Part shown: piece by piece, positions 28,874-40,181 of the stretch
Layout of the letters: each line of letters begins with the position of its first letter
Position numbering within the stretch: position 1 is the stretch's first letter
Assembly (NCBI GenBank): GCA_902825875.1
Contig: CADECP010000005.1
Coordinates: forward strand, 50,168-114,167
Length of the DNA: 64,000 nt
DNA from: an uncultured Acidobacteriota bacterium
GTDB taxonomy: Bacteria > Acidobacteriota > Blastocatellia > RBC074
Direction of reading: 5' to 3'
Program-made: the position numbers and the translations under genes
The notes under the pieces: generated by a model
Databases searched by the model: none
Seen by the model: only the letters and a program-made list of their open reading frames with translations
What the model was told of the DNA's origin: nothing

Positions 28874-30550
28874 ATGTTACACAGATTGTTCTCAAGAAAT
28901 GCCGCGCGCCGTACCGCGCTGCTGTTGATTGTTACGATGCTCGTATCGTCGCTGTCCGTCTTTGCCCAGGATACAAAGAAAAAACAGGATAAAGACAAAG
29001 AAAAACGTGCCGCTCAGGAAAAGCTGAAAAGCGTTTACAAACGTTGGGTGAATGAAGACGTGCTCTGGATCATCACCGACGAAGAGCGCAAAACATTCAA
29101 TTCGCTGAAAACCGACGACGAACGCGAAAATTTCATTGAACAGTTCTGGCTGCGCCGCGATCCAGACCCGGACACAGACGCCAACGAATACCGCGAAGAG
29201 TATTACCAGCGAATCGCTTACGCCAACGAACAATTCACCAGCGGTATTCCAGGCTGGAAAACCGACCGCGGGCGCATTTACATCATGTTCGGAGCGCCTC
29301 ACCAGAAAGAATCCCATCCTTCGGGCGGCAGTTATGACCGACCGATTTGGGAAGGCGGCGGTTCGACCTCGACTTATCCTTTTGAAATCTGGTGGTATCG
29401 CTACATTGAAGGCGTCGGTTCCGATGTGGAAATCGAATTCGTTGACCCGACCGGTTCCGGCGAATATCGCATCGCCCGCAATCCCAACGAAAAAGACGCG
29501 CTGTTGTACACGCCCAACGCCGGTTTGACGCTGGCTGAACAACTTGGACTTTCCAACAAAGCCGACCGCATCGCTTACGGCATGTTCGGACCGAGCGGCG
29601 GCGGGGCTGGTGGCGGACAGTTGTTCGGCACGCGCGCCAAAGACCAGCCGTTTGAACGTCTGGATTTGCTGGCTCGATTGCAAAAACCGCCGAAGGTCAA
29701 ATTCAACGATCTGGCTGCATTGGCCGCCGAATCCGATCTGCCCAAAGCCAGCTTCGACGTTCTCGCCGCCGGATTGAACATCAATCTGCTGCGCGTGACC
29801 GAAAACGCCGTGTTGTCTTCGTTCACCGTGCAACTGGAAAACTCCGATCTGGTGTACAAAGATATCGGCGGATTGCCGCAAGCGGCGATCAACGTTTACG
29901 CCAAAATCACCAACGTCGCCGGTCGTCGCGCCGGACAGTTTGAAGACGTGGTGACTTCCAGCTACACGCCAGAAGCGTTGGAATTGGGCATGCAGCAACG
30001 TTCGGCGTATCAGAAAAACGTTGTGCTGCCGCCGGGTAATTACAAAATTGACCTGGTTGTCCGCGACGTGAACAGCGGCAAAACCGGCGTCATCAAACAG
30101 GGCTTTGTCGTTCCGCGTTACGAAGAAGGCAAGCTTTCGACTTCAACCATGATCCTGGCTTCGCGCATTGAACCGATGGCTGGCCGTTTGTCCACAGGCC
30201 AATTCGTGCTCGGTTCGCTGAAAGTGATTCCGAACGCGACCGGCGAATTCAAACAGGATCAGCAAGTCGGTGTTTATATGCAGGTGTACAACATCGCCAT
30301 TGACCAGGCGACGTTGCGTCCCAGCGTTGACATCGAATACGTCATCACGCAACGCGACAAAGAAATTTTGCGCTTCAAGGAAGATGGCAAAAACGGCATG
30401 AGTTCGATCAACAGCCAACAAATTACGTTGGCGCGTTCGTTCCCGCTCAAGCAGTTCAAGCCCGGCTTTTACGACGTTCACGTCGAAGTGAAAGATAATG
30501 TCGCCGGTGTGATGGTGAAAACTGACAAAGACAACTTCCAGGTGAAGTAA
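28874..30550 (+). CDS. GWxTD-domain secreted protein
   Basis: Signal peptide. [17 protein letters not shown] = GWxTD motif. 558 aa. GGAGAAAAG RBS. Confidence 0.8.
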   Translation: MLHRLFSRNAARRTALLLIVTMLVSSLSVFAQDTKKKQDKDKEKRAAQEKLKSVYKRWVNEDVLWIITDEERKTFNSLKTDDERENFIEQFWLRRDPDPDTDANEYREEYYQRIAYANEQFTSGIPGWKTDRGRIYIMFGAPHQKESHPSGGSYDRPIWEGGGSTSTYPFEIWWYRYIEGVGSDVEIEFVDPTGSGEYRIARNPNEKDALLYTPNAGLTLAEQLGLSNKADRIAYGMFGPSGGGAGGGQLFGTRAKDQPFERLDLLARLQKPPKVKFNDLAALAAESDLPKASFDVLAAGLNINLLRVTENAVLSSFTVQLENSDLVYKDIGGLPQAAINVYAKITNVAGRRAGQFEDVVTSSYTPEALELGMQQRSAYQKNVVLPPGNYKIDLVVRDVNSGKTGVIKQGFVVPRYEEGKLSTSTMILASRIEPMAGRLSTGQFVLGSLKVIPNATGEFKQDQQVGVYMQVYNIAIDQATLRPSVDIEYVITQRDKEILRFKEDGKNGMSSINSQQITLARSFPLKQFKPGFYDVHVEVKDNVAGVMVKTDKDNFQVK

Positions 30551-30572
30551 CTTTTCTATTCCGGTCTATTCC

Positions 30573-30656
30573 GGATGTTGGGTTTTGGATTTTGAAAAAC
30601 TGGCGCTTTGAGTGCGATTCAAAATCTAAAATCCAACATCCACAATTCGTTTTTTC
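30573..30656 (+). terminator. Rho-independent terminator: 24-nt imperfect inverted repeat followed by T-run
   Basis: ggatgttgggttttggattttgaa ... ttcaaaatctaaaatccaacatcc, then cgttttttct. Confidence 0.55.
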
Positions 30657-30725
30657 TCCCTCCCGCAGCACGTCAGCCCCCAAAGTTTCCGATTTCGCCC
30701 CTCACTTAGCTTCAAGAGGTTCCAA

Positions 30726-31553
30726 ATGAGCAAACGTACAATTCAAATTTTGACTTTCATCGTCACACTTTGCCTGATGTTACCGGCGCTGGCCGCATAC
30801 GGGCAGGACAGGCGGCTGACTTACGAAAACTGGTATGGCGACGTGAAAAAAACGCTGGCCGATCATTACACCGGCAAAACCGTCAAACTGAGAATGGCGA
30901 TTCCGGCAACCAGACGCGGACTGGAAATGGTGGATGGTTCGTTTGATCGCGCGGCGGTTCCGGTCTCCACCGAAACCCTGGCGCAATCCGGCGACGACGT
31001 AACTATTCAAAACTTCATCGTTCGTGACACCGACATCGAATTGTTGCTGAACAAAAACGGCGAAAAACCCAAAGGCTGGTTCTTTCCGAAAAAACCGCGC
31101 ATCAAGCTGCGGTTTTCGCGCGAACTGACGGCCAAAGACATGACCATCGAAACCATCAATCGTTGGCTGGCTCCGGCTTTGGATGTGACGGCATTGGCCA
31201 GCACTCAGGAGGCTTCGATTGCGCCGCCGGTCGCTCCGCCGAAAGAAGCGGCTCCACAGCCGGTTGTCGCCAAAACCTCTTCCGAAAACGCTGCCGGATT
31301 GCCTACGCCGGAAATCATCGGCGACCTGCCGAAATCAGAAGCTCGTTTGGCGGAATTGACGGTTGAATGTCCTGGCAAATACGCGCGCGTGTATATTGAC
31401 AGCGCCTACAGCGGATACGCCCCGCGCACGATCCGACTTCGCGCCGGAGTGCATTCGATTTTGGTGATGGCGGATGGTTATTCGGCTTGGGAACAGAGGC
31501 TGTTCATTCCCGGCGGCAAAGCGTCTGTGGTGAAGGCTGAACCCGCAAAATGA
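30726..31553 (+). CDS. Secreted PEGA-domain protein
   Basis: Signal peptide. C-terminal VYIDSAYSGYAPRTIRLRAGVHSILVMADGYSAW matches the PEGA pattern. Confidence 0.65.
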   Translation: MSKRTIQILTFIVTLCLMLPALAAYGQDRRLTYENWYGDVKKTLADHYTGKTVKLRMAIPATRRGLEMVDGSFDRAAVPVSTETLAQSGDDVTIQNFIVRDTDIELLLNKNGEKPKGWFFPKKPRIKLRFSRELTAKDMTIETINRWLAPALDVTALASTQEASIAPPVAPPKEAAPQPVVAKTSSENAAGLPTPEIIGDLPKSEARLAELTVECPGKYARVYIDSAYSGYAPRTIRLRAGVHSILVMADGYSAWEQRLFIPGGKASVVKAEPAK

Positions 31554-31556
31554 TGG

Positions 31557-31620
31557 AAAGACGGAGAGACTGAGGGATGGGGTGTTTTCTCTCCGTCTCT
31601 CATTCTCCCTGTCTCTCAAA
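31557..31620. repeat. GA/TC-rich hairpin (gacggagaga...tctctccgtc) between convergent genes; terminator-like; related to 1121-1198
   Basis: Seen directly. Shares 'gactgaggga' and 'tctccgtctc' with the element inside the MFS gene. Confidence 0.5.
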
Positions 31621-32296
31621 TCCCGCCATCGTCCCGCCTCAATTGATTGACCAGCAAATGCGCCTGTCGAGTCGGTTCCGGTTGGCGATATTTCGTCACT
31701 GACCTCATTGCCAGATCAACCGCCGTATTCAAATCCATCAAGTGCCCGGCGGAGATGTACACCGGCGCAACTTTCTTTTTCGTCCTGAGCGCAACGCCGA
31801 CAATTTCCTGTTTGTCTATCAATGGCGAACTGCTTCCGGCATCCAAATCAAGCTTGCCGTGCCGCCCAACCAGAATGCTTTTCGCACAACCAAGCGTTGG
31901 CAAATCCAGAATCAATCCGATGTGACAGGCGATGCCAAACCGTCGCGGATGAGCCAGCCCTTGTCCGTCCAGCATCAAGGCATCCGGCTTGGTCGTCAGC
32001 TTTTCCCAGCATTCCAAAAACGAAGGCGTTTCGCGGAAACTCAACAAGCCCGGCACGTACGGAAACTTTGCCGTGCTGCGAACGCTGGAGGTTTCGACAA
32101 TCTGCAAATCAGGCAGGCTGAGCACAACAATGCCGGAGTAGATCACGTCCGAAAATCGGTTGAAGGAAATGTCTGCTCCGGCAATGGTGTGGATTTCGTG
32201 GTTGGGCGGTTCGATGCGAACCAGCGAGCGCCATTCTTTCTGGGCTTCGATGGCTTCTTTAGGCGTCAGATTCCAATTAGTAAGCGAATAAGGCAT
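31616..32296 (-). CDS. nfi: Endonuclease V (deoxyinosine 3' endonuclease)
   Basis: AGADISF, YVPGLLSFRE, DGQGLAHPRRFGIACHIGLILDLPTLGCAKS match Nfi catalytic motifs. Confidence 0.85.
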   Translation of the reverse strand: MPYSLTNWNLTPKEAIEAQKEWRSLVRIEPPNHEIHTIAGADISFNRFSDVIYSGIVVLSLPDLQIVETSSVRSTAKFPYVPGLLSFRETPSFLECWEKLTTKPDALMLDGQGLAHPRRFGIACHIGLILDLPTLGCAKSILVGRHGKLDLDAGSSSPLIDKQEIVGVALRTKKKVAPVYISAGHLMDLNTAVDLAMRSVTKYRQPEPTRQAHLLVNQLRRDDGGI

Positions 32297-32318
32297 AGAC
32301 AGGATTTACAAGATTCAC
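32295..32318. repeat. Left arm of inverted repeat 'tagacaggatttacaagatt' flanking the GxxExxY gene
   Basis: 21-nt perfect match to the reverse complement of 32734-32757. Also present at 55059-55078. Confidence 0.7.
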
Positions 32319-32323
32319 AGGAT

Positions 32324-32713
32324 TCAAGAAGAAATTGTGCCAGATGTCTTGTAGATGCGATATTTGCGCCTGACTTGAACCGACGAACCGAAGTTGAGCA
32401 ACAACCCAGAATTATTTCCGGTCGCAACTAAATAGTTGACCAACTGAACCTCGTGATCTTTGCTCAACGACTGAACCGCTTTCAATTCAACAATGATTTG
32501 GTTTTCAACCCACAAGTCAGCGAAATACTCACCTATCGCCCGTCCGTCATAAAAAACAGTTATGGGAACTTCAACCATAGCTGACAGCCCAACCTTTTCA
32601 AGCTCAATACACAAGGCTTTTTTGTAAATCTTTTCGAGAAAACCAGATCCAAGGGTGTTATGAACTTTGTAAGCACAGCCAATGATGATTTCAGTCAATT
32701 CGTCATCGCTCAT
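32324..32713 (-). CDS. GxxExxY-family protein (PD-(D/E)XK-like small protein)
   Basis: 129 aa. GFLEKIY = GxxExxY motif. Family size and pattern as recalled for TIGR04256-like proteins. Gene lies exactly inside a hairpin-repeat loop. Confidence 0.75.
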   Translation of the reverse strand: MSDDELTEIIIGCAYKVHNTLGSGFLEKIYKKALCIELEKVGLSAMVEVPITVFYDGRAIGEYFADLWVENQIIVELKAVQSLSKDHEVQLVNYLVATGNNSGLLLNFGSSVQVRRKYRIYKTSGTISS

Positions 32714-32733
32714 AGACTACACACCATCCTGTT

Positions 32734-32757
32734 AATCTTGTAAATCCTGTCTATTAT
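32734..32757. repeat. Right arm of inverted repeat (aatcttgtaaatcctgtcta) flanking the GxxExxY gene
   Basis: Reverse complement of the left arm. Starts 21 nt past the GxxExxY start codon (32713). Confidence 0.7.
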
Positions 32758-32767
32758 CTGTGTTGCT

Positions 32768-33199
32768 TTAACCAGCGATTTCTACCAACTTCAAATCGAA
32801 ATGCAGTTCTTCGCCCGCCAATGGATGATTGGCATCCAGCGTGACGGTGGTTTCGGTCAGTTCGGTGATGACCAGCGGGATGGCTCCCTGCGGAGTTTGC
32901 ATTTCAATCGCCATGCCGAGTTCCGGTTCGACATCGCCGATGTTGAATTGTTCGCGGCTGATGGTTTGCATCAGTTCTTCCATTCGCTGGCCGTAGGCTT
33001 GATCGGCGGGAATGACGACATTCTTGGTTTCGCCGATTTGCATTCCAACCAACGCGGCGTCAAAACCCGGTATAACGTGACCGGCTCCGACCGTGAATCC
33101 CAACGGGTCGCCGCCTTCCGAAGAATCGAAAACCTGGCCGTCATCGAACTTACCTGTGTAATGCACCTTCACGGCGTCGCCGTTTTTCACTATAGACAT
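32768..33199 (-). CDS. slyD: FKBP-type peptidyl-prolyl cis-trans isomerase SlyD-like (FKBP with IF insertion domain)
   Basis: VKVHYTGKFDDGQVFDSS..GDPLGFTVGAGHVIPGFDAALVGMQIGE FKBP core plus insert-in-flap domain. 143 aa. Confidence 0.85.
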   Translation of the reverse strand: MSIVKNGDAVKVHYTGKFDDGQVFDSSEGGDPLGFTVGAGHVIPGFDAALVGMQIGETKNVVIPADQAYGQRMEELMQTISREQFNIGDVEPELGMAIEMQTPQGAIPLVITELTETTVTLDANHPLAGEELHFDLKLVEIAG

Positions 33200-33299
33200 G
33201 TAATTGTTCCTTTCAGAGTTGGAGCTTCGAGATGAAGCAGGATTTATGACTGTCCGCAGCTTCGCACACGATTTTGTAAAAAGCCAGTAACGATGATGC

Positions 33300-34352
33300 T
33301 TGAAAATGCCGGACGCTTACCGTAGCTTCGCGCGCGTGAAGGCATTACGTTTTGAACAAGGCGAATTGCATCTGGCTGAAATCGCCAAGCCCAACCGCGA
33401 AGGCGAAGCGTTGGTGCGCGTGACGCTGGCTGGAATTTGTAATACCGATCTGGAAATCGTTCGTGGTTACACCGGGTTCAACGGCACGCTCGGTCACGAA
33501 TTCGTCGGCGTCGTCGAAACTTCGCCCGACGCATCGCAAATCGGTCGCCGCGTCGTCGGCGAAATCAACATCGGCTGCGGCAATTGCAACTGCTGCCAAG
33601 CTGGCGATGCCCGGCATTGCACGACGCGAACGGCGCTCGGCATTCATCGCCGCGACGGAGCGTTTGCCGAGTTTCTGACCTTGCCGCCGCAAAATCTTTT
33701 TGTCGTTCCTGACAACGTCAGCGACCGTCAGGCAGTGTTCACAGAACCGTTGGCCGCTGCCTGCGAAATTTTGGATCAAGTCACGATAAATTATTCGCAC
33801 AAAGTCGCAGTCATTGGCGACGGCAAGCTCGGTCAATTGATCGCTCGCGTCTTGGCGACAACCGGCTGCGAATTGATTTTGATCGGCAAACACGCCGACA
33901 AGCTGGAACTTGCGGCCAAAGCCGGAATCAAAACATTCAAGTGCGGAGTCAGCGGGTACGGAACCGGGAGCGGTAGCGACCGGGTTCGTTCTGGCAAAGA
34001 AATAACCGGGGCGCTACACCGGAGTTTTGATTTTGTCGTCGAAGCCAGCGGTTCCGTCAGCGGATTGCAGACGGCGCTCGATTTGGTGAAAGCGCGCGGG
34101 ACAATCATTTTGAAATCCACTTTTCACGGCGGAGCGGTTCCAGTGGACACCACGCGCATCGTTGTAGATGAAATCTCGCTGGTTGGCTCGCGCTGCGGAC
34201 GATTTGAAGCTGCCTTGAAACTTCTGGAATCCGGCCAGATCAACGTCGAACCATTGATCGCCGCCGAATTCCCTTTAACCGAAGCCGTCAACGCGATGGC
34301 TTCTGCCGCAAAACTCGGCACGTTGAAAACTCTACTGACTACTGTCTACTGA
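33300..34352 (+). CDS. Zinc-dependent alcohol dehydrogenase, MDR superfamily (sorbitol/threonine-DH-like)
   Basis: GICNTDLE, GHEFVGVV, structural-Zn Cys cluster CGNCNCCQAGDARHC, Rossmann VIGDGKLG. Carries a 25-aa insertion encoded by a REP-like element. Confidence 0.8.
   Translation: MKMPDAYRSFARVKALRFEQGELHLAEIAKPNREGEALVRVTLAGICNTDLEIVRGYTGFNGTLGHEFVGVVETSPDASQIGRRVVGEINIGCGNCNCCQAGDARHCTTRTALGIHRRDGAFAEFLTLPPQNLFVVPDNVSDRQAVFTEPLAAACEILDQVTINYSHKVAVIGDGKLGQLIARVLATTGCELILIGKHADKLELAAKAGIKTFKCGVSGYGTGSGSDRVRSGKEITGALHRSFDFVVEASGSVSGLQTALDLVKARGTIILKSTFHGGAVPVDTTRIVVDEISLVGSRCGRFEAALKLLESGQINVEPLIAAEFPLTEAVNAMASAAKLGTLKTLLTTVY
33947..34024. repeat. REP-like element 'gaaccgggagcggtagcgaccggg' inserted in frame in the ADH gene (encodes GVSGYGTGSGSDRVRSGKEITGALH); homologous to the hairpin at 59152-59240
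   Basis: 25/26-nt identity of the core to the intergenic palindrome after hisS. Partner arm degraded here. Confidence 0.5.
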
Positions 34353-34365
34353 CTACTGTCTACTC
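34332..34365. repeat. Heptanucleotide tandem repeat (CTACTGA/CTACTGT)x4.7 spanning the ADH stop codon
   Basis: ctactgactactgtctactgactactgtctact. Same unit as the tract upstream of hisS. Confidence 0.6.
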
Positions 34366-34371
34366 AAAGAA

Positions 34372-35016
34372 ATGTATCCTGCTGGCAATCTTTTCATTCC
34401 TGCGCCACACGGCCAACTCGAAGCGATTTATCGTCCGAAAACCAACTCTGCCGAACGAGTCGCGCTGGTGCTGCATCCGCATCCGCTGCACGGCGGCACG
34501 ATGCACAACAAAGTCGTTTTTCGCGCGGCTAAGGCACTGGGCGAATCCGGCTTTGAAACCTTGCGGTTCAACTTTCGCGGCGTCGGCGCAAGCACAGGCC
34601 AATACGACGAAGGTCGCGGCGAATGCGACGACGCGCGCGTGGCGCTGGACTTTCTGATTGCCGATCAACCAAACGCGCGCGAAGTCGTCGTCGCCGGATT
34701 TTCGTTTGGCTCGATTGTCGGTTTGAACGTCGGTTGCGCCGATGCGCGAGTTGATCGGTTGATTGCGATTGGCGCTCCGGCGCGATTCGGCAAACTGGAT
34801 TGCCTGCTCGATTGCCTGAAACCGAAGCTGTTCGTTCACGGTGCGGAAGACGACATTGCGCCGCTGGCTCCGCTGGAAGAATTTCTGGCCAGATTGCCGG
34901 CCAACAGCAACCATCGGTTGGTGAGCATTGCCGGCGCAGGGCATTTTTTCGACGATCAGGCCAGCGAGTTGATGCAAACGATCAAAGATTTTGTTGGCGA
35001 TTTCATCGCCCAATAA
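34372..35016 (+). CDS. Alpha/beta-hydrolase family protein
   Basis: Nucleophile elbow GFSFGS. Asp and His positions consistent with a catalytic triad (HGAEDDIAP, GAGHFF). Confidence 0.75.
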   Translation: MYPAGNLFIPAPHGQLEAIYRPKTNSAERVALVLHPHPLHGGTMHNKVVFRAAKALGESGFETLRFNFRGVGASTGQYDEGRGECDDARVALDFLIADQPNAREVVVAGFSFGSIVGLNVGCADARVDRLIAIGAPARFGKLDCLLDCLKPKLFVHGAEDDIAPLAPLEEFLARLPANSNHRLVSIAGAGHFFDDQASELMQTIKDFVGDFIAQ

Positions 35017-35030
35017 CTTGAGAACCTTTC

Positions 35031-36209
35031 ATGCGCCTCAAACCATTCCAAGTCGCCCGTTTGTTCGGCATTCCGCTGATGATTGATTACAGTTGGTTGC
35101 CGATGGCGGCGTTGCACGTCTGGCTGGTAGCGCAATTCTGGCTGCCGATGAAAGTCAGTCCGCCATTGCCGTTGTGGCAAAACCTGTTGTTCGGCGCTGG
35201 CATCACGGCGCTGTTTTTCGCGTCGGTGTTGGGACACGAATTGGCGCATGCGTTTGTCGCCCGGCTGGAAGGCATCAAGATTTACGACATTCAACTGCAC
35301 ATCTTCGGCGGATGGGCGCGACTGGTTGGCGAACCGAGCACGGCGATGGCCGAATTTCGAGTCGCTGTGGCTGGCCCGGCAGCTTCGTTTTTGTTGGCGT
35401 TTTTTTTCTGGCTTTGCCTGTACACTGTGCAGGAATTCACCAGCAAAAATCAGATAGAGCGCGCTCTGGCCGCAGGCTTTCTTTATCTGGCAGCCGCAAA
35501 TCTGTTTTTGGCGATGTTCAATCTTTTGCCGGGTTTGCCTCTGGATGGCGGACGAGCCATGCGGGCGTATCTTTGGCACAAACGCGGAGACATTCTGTCG
35601 GCAACACGAACGATGAGCCGCATGGGCGTCGGCATCGCGTACATGCTGATGTCATACGGAATCTTTTTGGTCGGATACGGAATGATTCGCGGCACGTTCT
35701 GGCAGGATTTCGTCGTCGCCGTCTGGATGATGGTGCTGGGCGCATTTTTGAAAAACGCCGCCGAAAGCGATTACCGCAATCGCCAGCGCCTGGCCGCCGA
35801 ATCCACCTCGAACGGTCAGCGCGAACTGGTTATTGCTCCGGGAACCGTCGGCGAAGTGATGATCGCTCCGGCGGTGAGCATCGCGCCGGAACTTCGCGTC
35901 AGTGAATTCGTGGACAACGTCTTGCCGAAAAATCGGCTGGTGATGTTTGCCGTCGCCCACGAAGGCCGATTGCATGGAATTTTGTCGCTGGTGAAACTGC
36001 GCGAACTTCCCAGCGAACTGTGGGAGCAAACCATCATACGCGACGTGATGCTGCCCATCAGCGAAGACCTGTTCGTTCCCGTTCGCGCCTCCATCGAACA
36101 CGCCCAGCGCAAATTGAAATCCAATCAATTGGGCTTTTTGGCCGTCATTGACCAGGATGGATTTCTGGTCGGCTCCCTGAACCTCAGCGATCTGGAACGC
36201 GCCGTCTGA
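35031..36209 (+). CDS. Site-2 protease family (M50) zinc metalloprotease with C-terminal CBS pair
   Basis: HELAHAF (HExxH) in a TM helix, LLPGLPLDGG, two CBS-like repeats at the C-terminus. Confidence 0.85.
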   Translation: MRLKPFQVARLFGIPLMIDYSWLPMAALHVWLVAQFWLPMKVSPPLPLWQNLLFGAGITALFFASVLGHELAHAFVARLEGIKIYDIQLHIFGGWARLVGEPSTAMAEFRVAVAGPAASFLLAFFFWLCLYTVQEFTSKNQIERALAAGFLYLAAANLFLAMFNLLPGLPLDGGRAMRAYLWHKRGDILSATRTMSRMGVGIAYMLMSYGIFLVGYGMIRGTFWQDFVVAVWMMVLGAFLKNAAESDYRNRQRLAAESTSNGQRELVIAPGTVGEVMIAPAVSIAPELRVSEFVDNVLPKNRLVMFAVAHEGRLHGILSLVKLRELPSELWEQTIIRDVMLPISEDLFVPVRASIEHAQRKLKSNQLGFLAVIDQDGFLVGSLNLSDLERAV

Positions 36210-36333
36210 GAAAGCCAGAGTGTTTGGTGTTGATGGAAAAACCGCGCCGTTTGGCTTATGCTCTCGCGGCTTCGATGTCCCGCTCGAACTTCTTCACATA
36301 CGTCGAATTCATACTTTCGGAGGAATTATCCCA

Positions 36334-37935
<1,602 letters not shown>

Positions 37936-38105
37936 TTTTTTTCGTATCCCAACCGGCGCAAAGCCGGAAATCTTCATCATACACTCCGATCCCCACCGCC
38001 TTTGTTCGTAGGCGGTCGAACTGCAATTGTTTTCTACAATTGAATGCTGCCCCAGTAAGAATTCATAAGCTCAGGTTTTTTCCGAGCAAAAGGAGTGGTG
38101 TCGCA

Positions 38106-40172
38106 ATGAAAAGATCACGTTTTGTTGTTTTGCTGTTGCTCCTCACAGCAACAGGATTGTTGGCAGGCGGGTTGATCGCCCGCGCCAAATCATCGAATGC
38201 AGGTTCCCAAGAACTGCGACAGGCGGCGGCCAGAAAAATTGCGCCGTGGGTAATGGCTAAAACCTCTGACGGCAAAGCAGCCGAATTTCTGGTGTTGCTT
38301 GGCGACCGCGCCGATCTGAGCGCCGCCAATTCGCTGCCGACCAAAGCAGAAAAAGGCCGCTTCGTTTTCAACGCTCTACACGCCAAAGCCGAAAGCTCCC
38401 AAGCCGCGCTGTTGAACCTGCTGGCCGAACGCAAAGTTCCTCATCAATCGTTTTACATCGTCAATGCCGTACTGGTGACTGGTTCCGAAGAACTGGCGCT
38501 GGAAATCGCGGCTCGCCCTGAAGTCGTCAGCATCGTCGGCAACCCTGAAATTCAGGGCGTCCGTCCGGTCGAACTGGCTGAGTTGAGCGAAGCGGAAAAA
38601 ACTTCACTAAGTTCCGAAACCAGCGCGCCAGAAGATGCCGAACAAGGACTCAGCAACATTCGCGCAACCGAAGTCTGGGGGATGGGCTTTACCGGTCAGG
38701 GCATCACCATCGGCGGTCAGGACACTGGTATTGACTGGAATCATCCGGCGCTGAAAAACCGCTATCGCGGTTGGGACGGCACAAACGCCAGTCACGATTT
38801 CAACTGGCACGACAGCATTCACGCGGACAATAGCAATTGCAGCAAAGATTCTACTGCGCCTTGTGACGACGACAGTCATGGAACGCATACGATTGGTTCG
38901 GCGGTCGGAACCGACGGAGCCGCGAATCAAATCGGCGTCGCCCCCGGAGCCAAATTCATCGGCTGCCGCAACATGAATTTGGGCAACGGCACACCGGCAA
39001 CTTACCTGGAATGTTTGGAATGGATGCTGGCGCCGTATCCCAATGGCGCAACTCCGGCACAAGGCGATCCGACGAAAGCTCCTGACGTGACGGTGAATTC
39101 GTGGACGTGTCCGCCATCCGAAGGTTGCGAACCGAACACGCTGAAAGCCGCCATCGAAGCTCAACGAGCCGCCGGCATCGTGACAGTCGCCGCCGCTGGC
39201 AACAGCGGAGCCGCCGGTTGCTCTTCGGTCAAAGACTCGCCGGGAATTTACGACGCGGCCTACACCGTCGGAGCTTATTCGTCCAGCAGTAATTTGATCG
39301 CCGGATTCAGCGGACGCGGCCCTGTGGCAATTGACGGCAGCAACCGCTCCAAGCCGGACATCACCGCTCCCGGAGTTCTGGTTCGCTCGGCAGTGCGCGG
39401 TGGCAGTTATTCAATGCTGAGCGGGACTTCGATGGCGACGCCGCATGTCGCCGGAGCCGTCGCGCTGCTGTTGTCTGCTCGCCCAGAACTGCGCGGCAAA
39501 GTCGAACAGATCGAAAATATCCTGAACGAATCCGCCGTGCGCGTAATGACCACAGATTGCGGCGGGACCAATACCAGCATTCCAAATGCTGTGTATGGTT
39601 ACGGACGGCTGGACATCAAAGCGGCGGTTGATCTGGCCGCGACGACGCTCAACCAGACGGAGTTCATGTTCGGAGTCAAAGGCGGCGCGGATGAAATAAT
39701 CGTCAATGCCCTGCCCAACGTGACTTGGCGAGCAGTCAGCGATTCCGACTGGATCACTGTCACCGCCGGTCAAACCGGAACCGGCCTGAGCGCGGTGTTT
39801 TTCTCAGTCGCGGCCAATTCCAGTCCGAATCCCAGAACCGGCACCTTGCTGATTGCCGGTCGAACGGTGAAGATTTCGCAGCCGGGTTTGGCCCCGCTGT
39901 TCACGGTTTCCGGAAAGGTTGCCAGTTCGGCGGGCTTTGCAATTCCGGGTGTGCGGCTGAGTTTTTCGCGCGTATCCGGTGGCGGAGAAATTCCAGGCGA
40001 AGCACTGACAGACGCCGACGGCAATTGGAGCCAGTCGGGATTTGAACCGGGAACGACTTATCGCGTGACAGCCAGCAAGATTCGCTCGTCCTTCTCACCG
40101 GCTTCGATAGAGTTCAATGCTGCGAATTCGGCGTTGGATTTCACCAGCGTCGGACGCGCCATTTCCAGGTAA
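38106..40172 (+). CDS. Secreted S8-family (subtilisin-like) serine peptidase with C-terminal beta-domain extensions
   Basis: Asp DTGIDWNHP, His HGTHTIG, Ser GTSMATPHVAG. Signal peptide from MKRSRFVVLLLLL, which has AAAGGAG upstream. Confidence 0.85.
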   Translation: MKRSRFVVLLLLLTATGLLAGGLIARAKSSNAGSQELRQAAARKIAPWVMAKTSDGKAAEFLVLLGDRADLSAANSLPTKAEKGRFVFNALHAKAESSQAALLNLLAERKVPHQSFYIVNAVLVTGSEELALEIAARPEVVSIVGNPEIQGVRPVELAELSEAEKTSLSSETSAPEDAEQGLSNIRATEVWGMGFTGQGITIGGQDTGIDWNHPALKNRYRGWDGTNASHDFNWHDSIHADNSNCSKDSTAPCDDDSHGTHTIGSAVGTDGAANQIGVAPGAKFIGCRNMNLGNGTPATYLECLEWMLAPYPNGATPAQGDPTKAPDVTVNSWTCPPSEGCEPNTLKAAIEAQRAAGIVTVAAAGNSGAAGCSSVKDSPGIYDAAYTVGAYSSSSNLIAGFSGRGPVAIDGSNRSKPDITAPGVLVRSAVRGGSYSMLSGTSMATPHVAGAVALLLSARPELRGKVEQIENILNESAVRVMTTDCGGTNTSIPNAVYGYGRLDIKAAVDLAATTLNQTEFMFGVKGGADEIIVNALPNVTWRAVSDSDWITVTAGQTGTGLSAVFFSVAANSSPNPRTGTLLIAGRTVKISQPGLAPLFTVSGKVASSAGFAIPGVRLSFSRVSGGGEIPGEALTDADGNWSQSGFEPGTTYRVTASKIRSSFSPASIEFNAANSALDFTSVGRAISR

Positions 40173-40181
40173 TTTGCGGTT

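Noticed and set aside
28560-28998. ORFs 28560..28829 (+) and 28612..28998 (-) in the divergent region upstream of the GWxTD gene
   Set aside because: They overlap each other in a promoter-like intergenic region, with no RBS and unconvincing composition. The region is more likely a 5' UTR or promoter.
36220-36333. 5' extension of the spermidine-synthase-like ORF (GTG at 36220) and overlapping ORFs 36224..36421 and 36258..36470
   Set aside because: There is no RBS, and the extension starts 10 nt after the M50 protease stop. An internal GTG at 36334 with GGAGGA upstream gives a sensible N-terminus. The extension is kept only as an alternative start.
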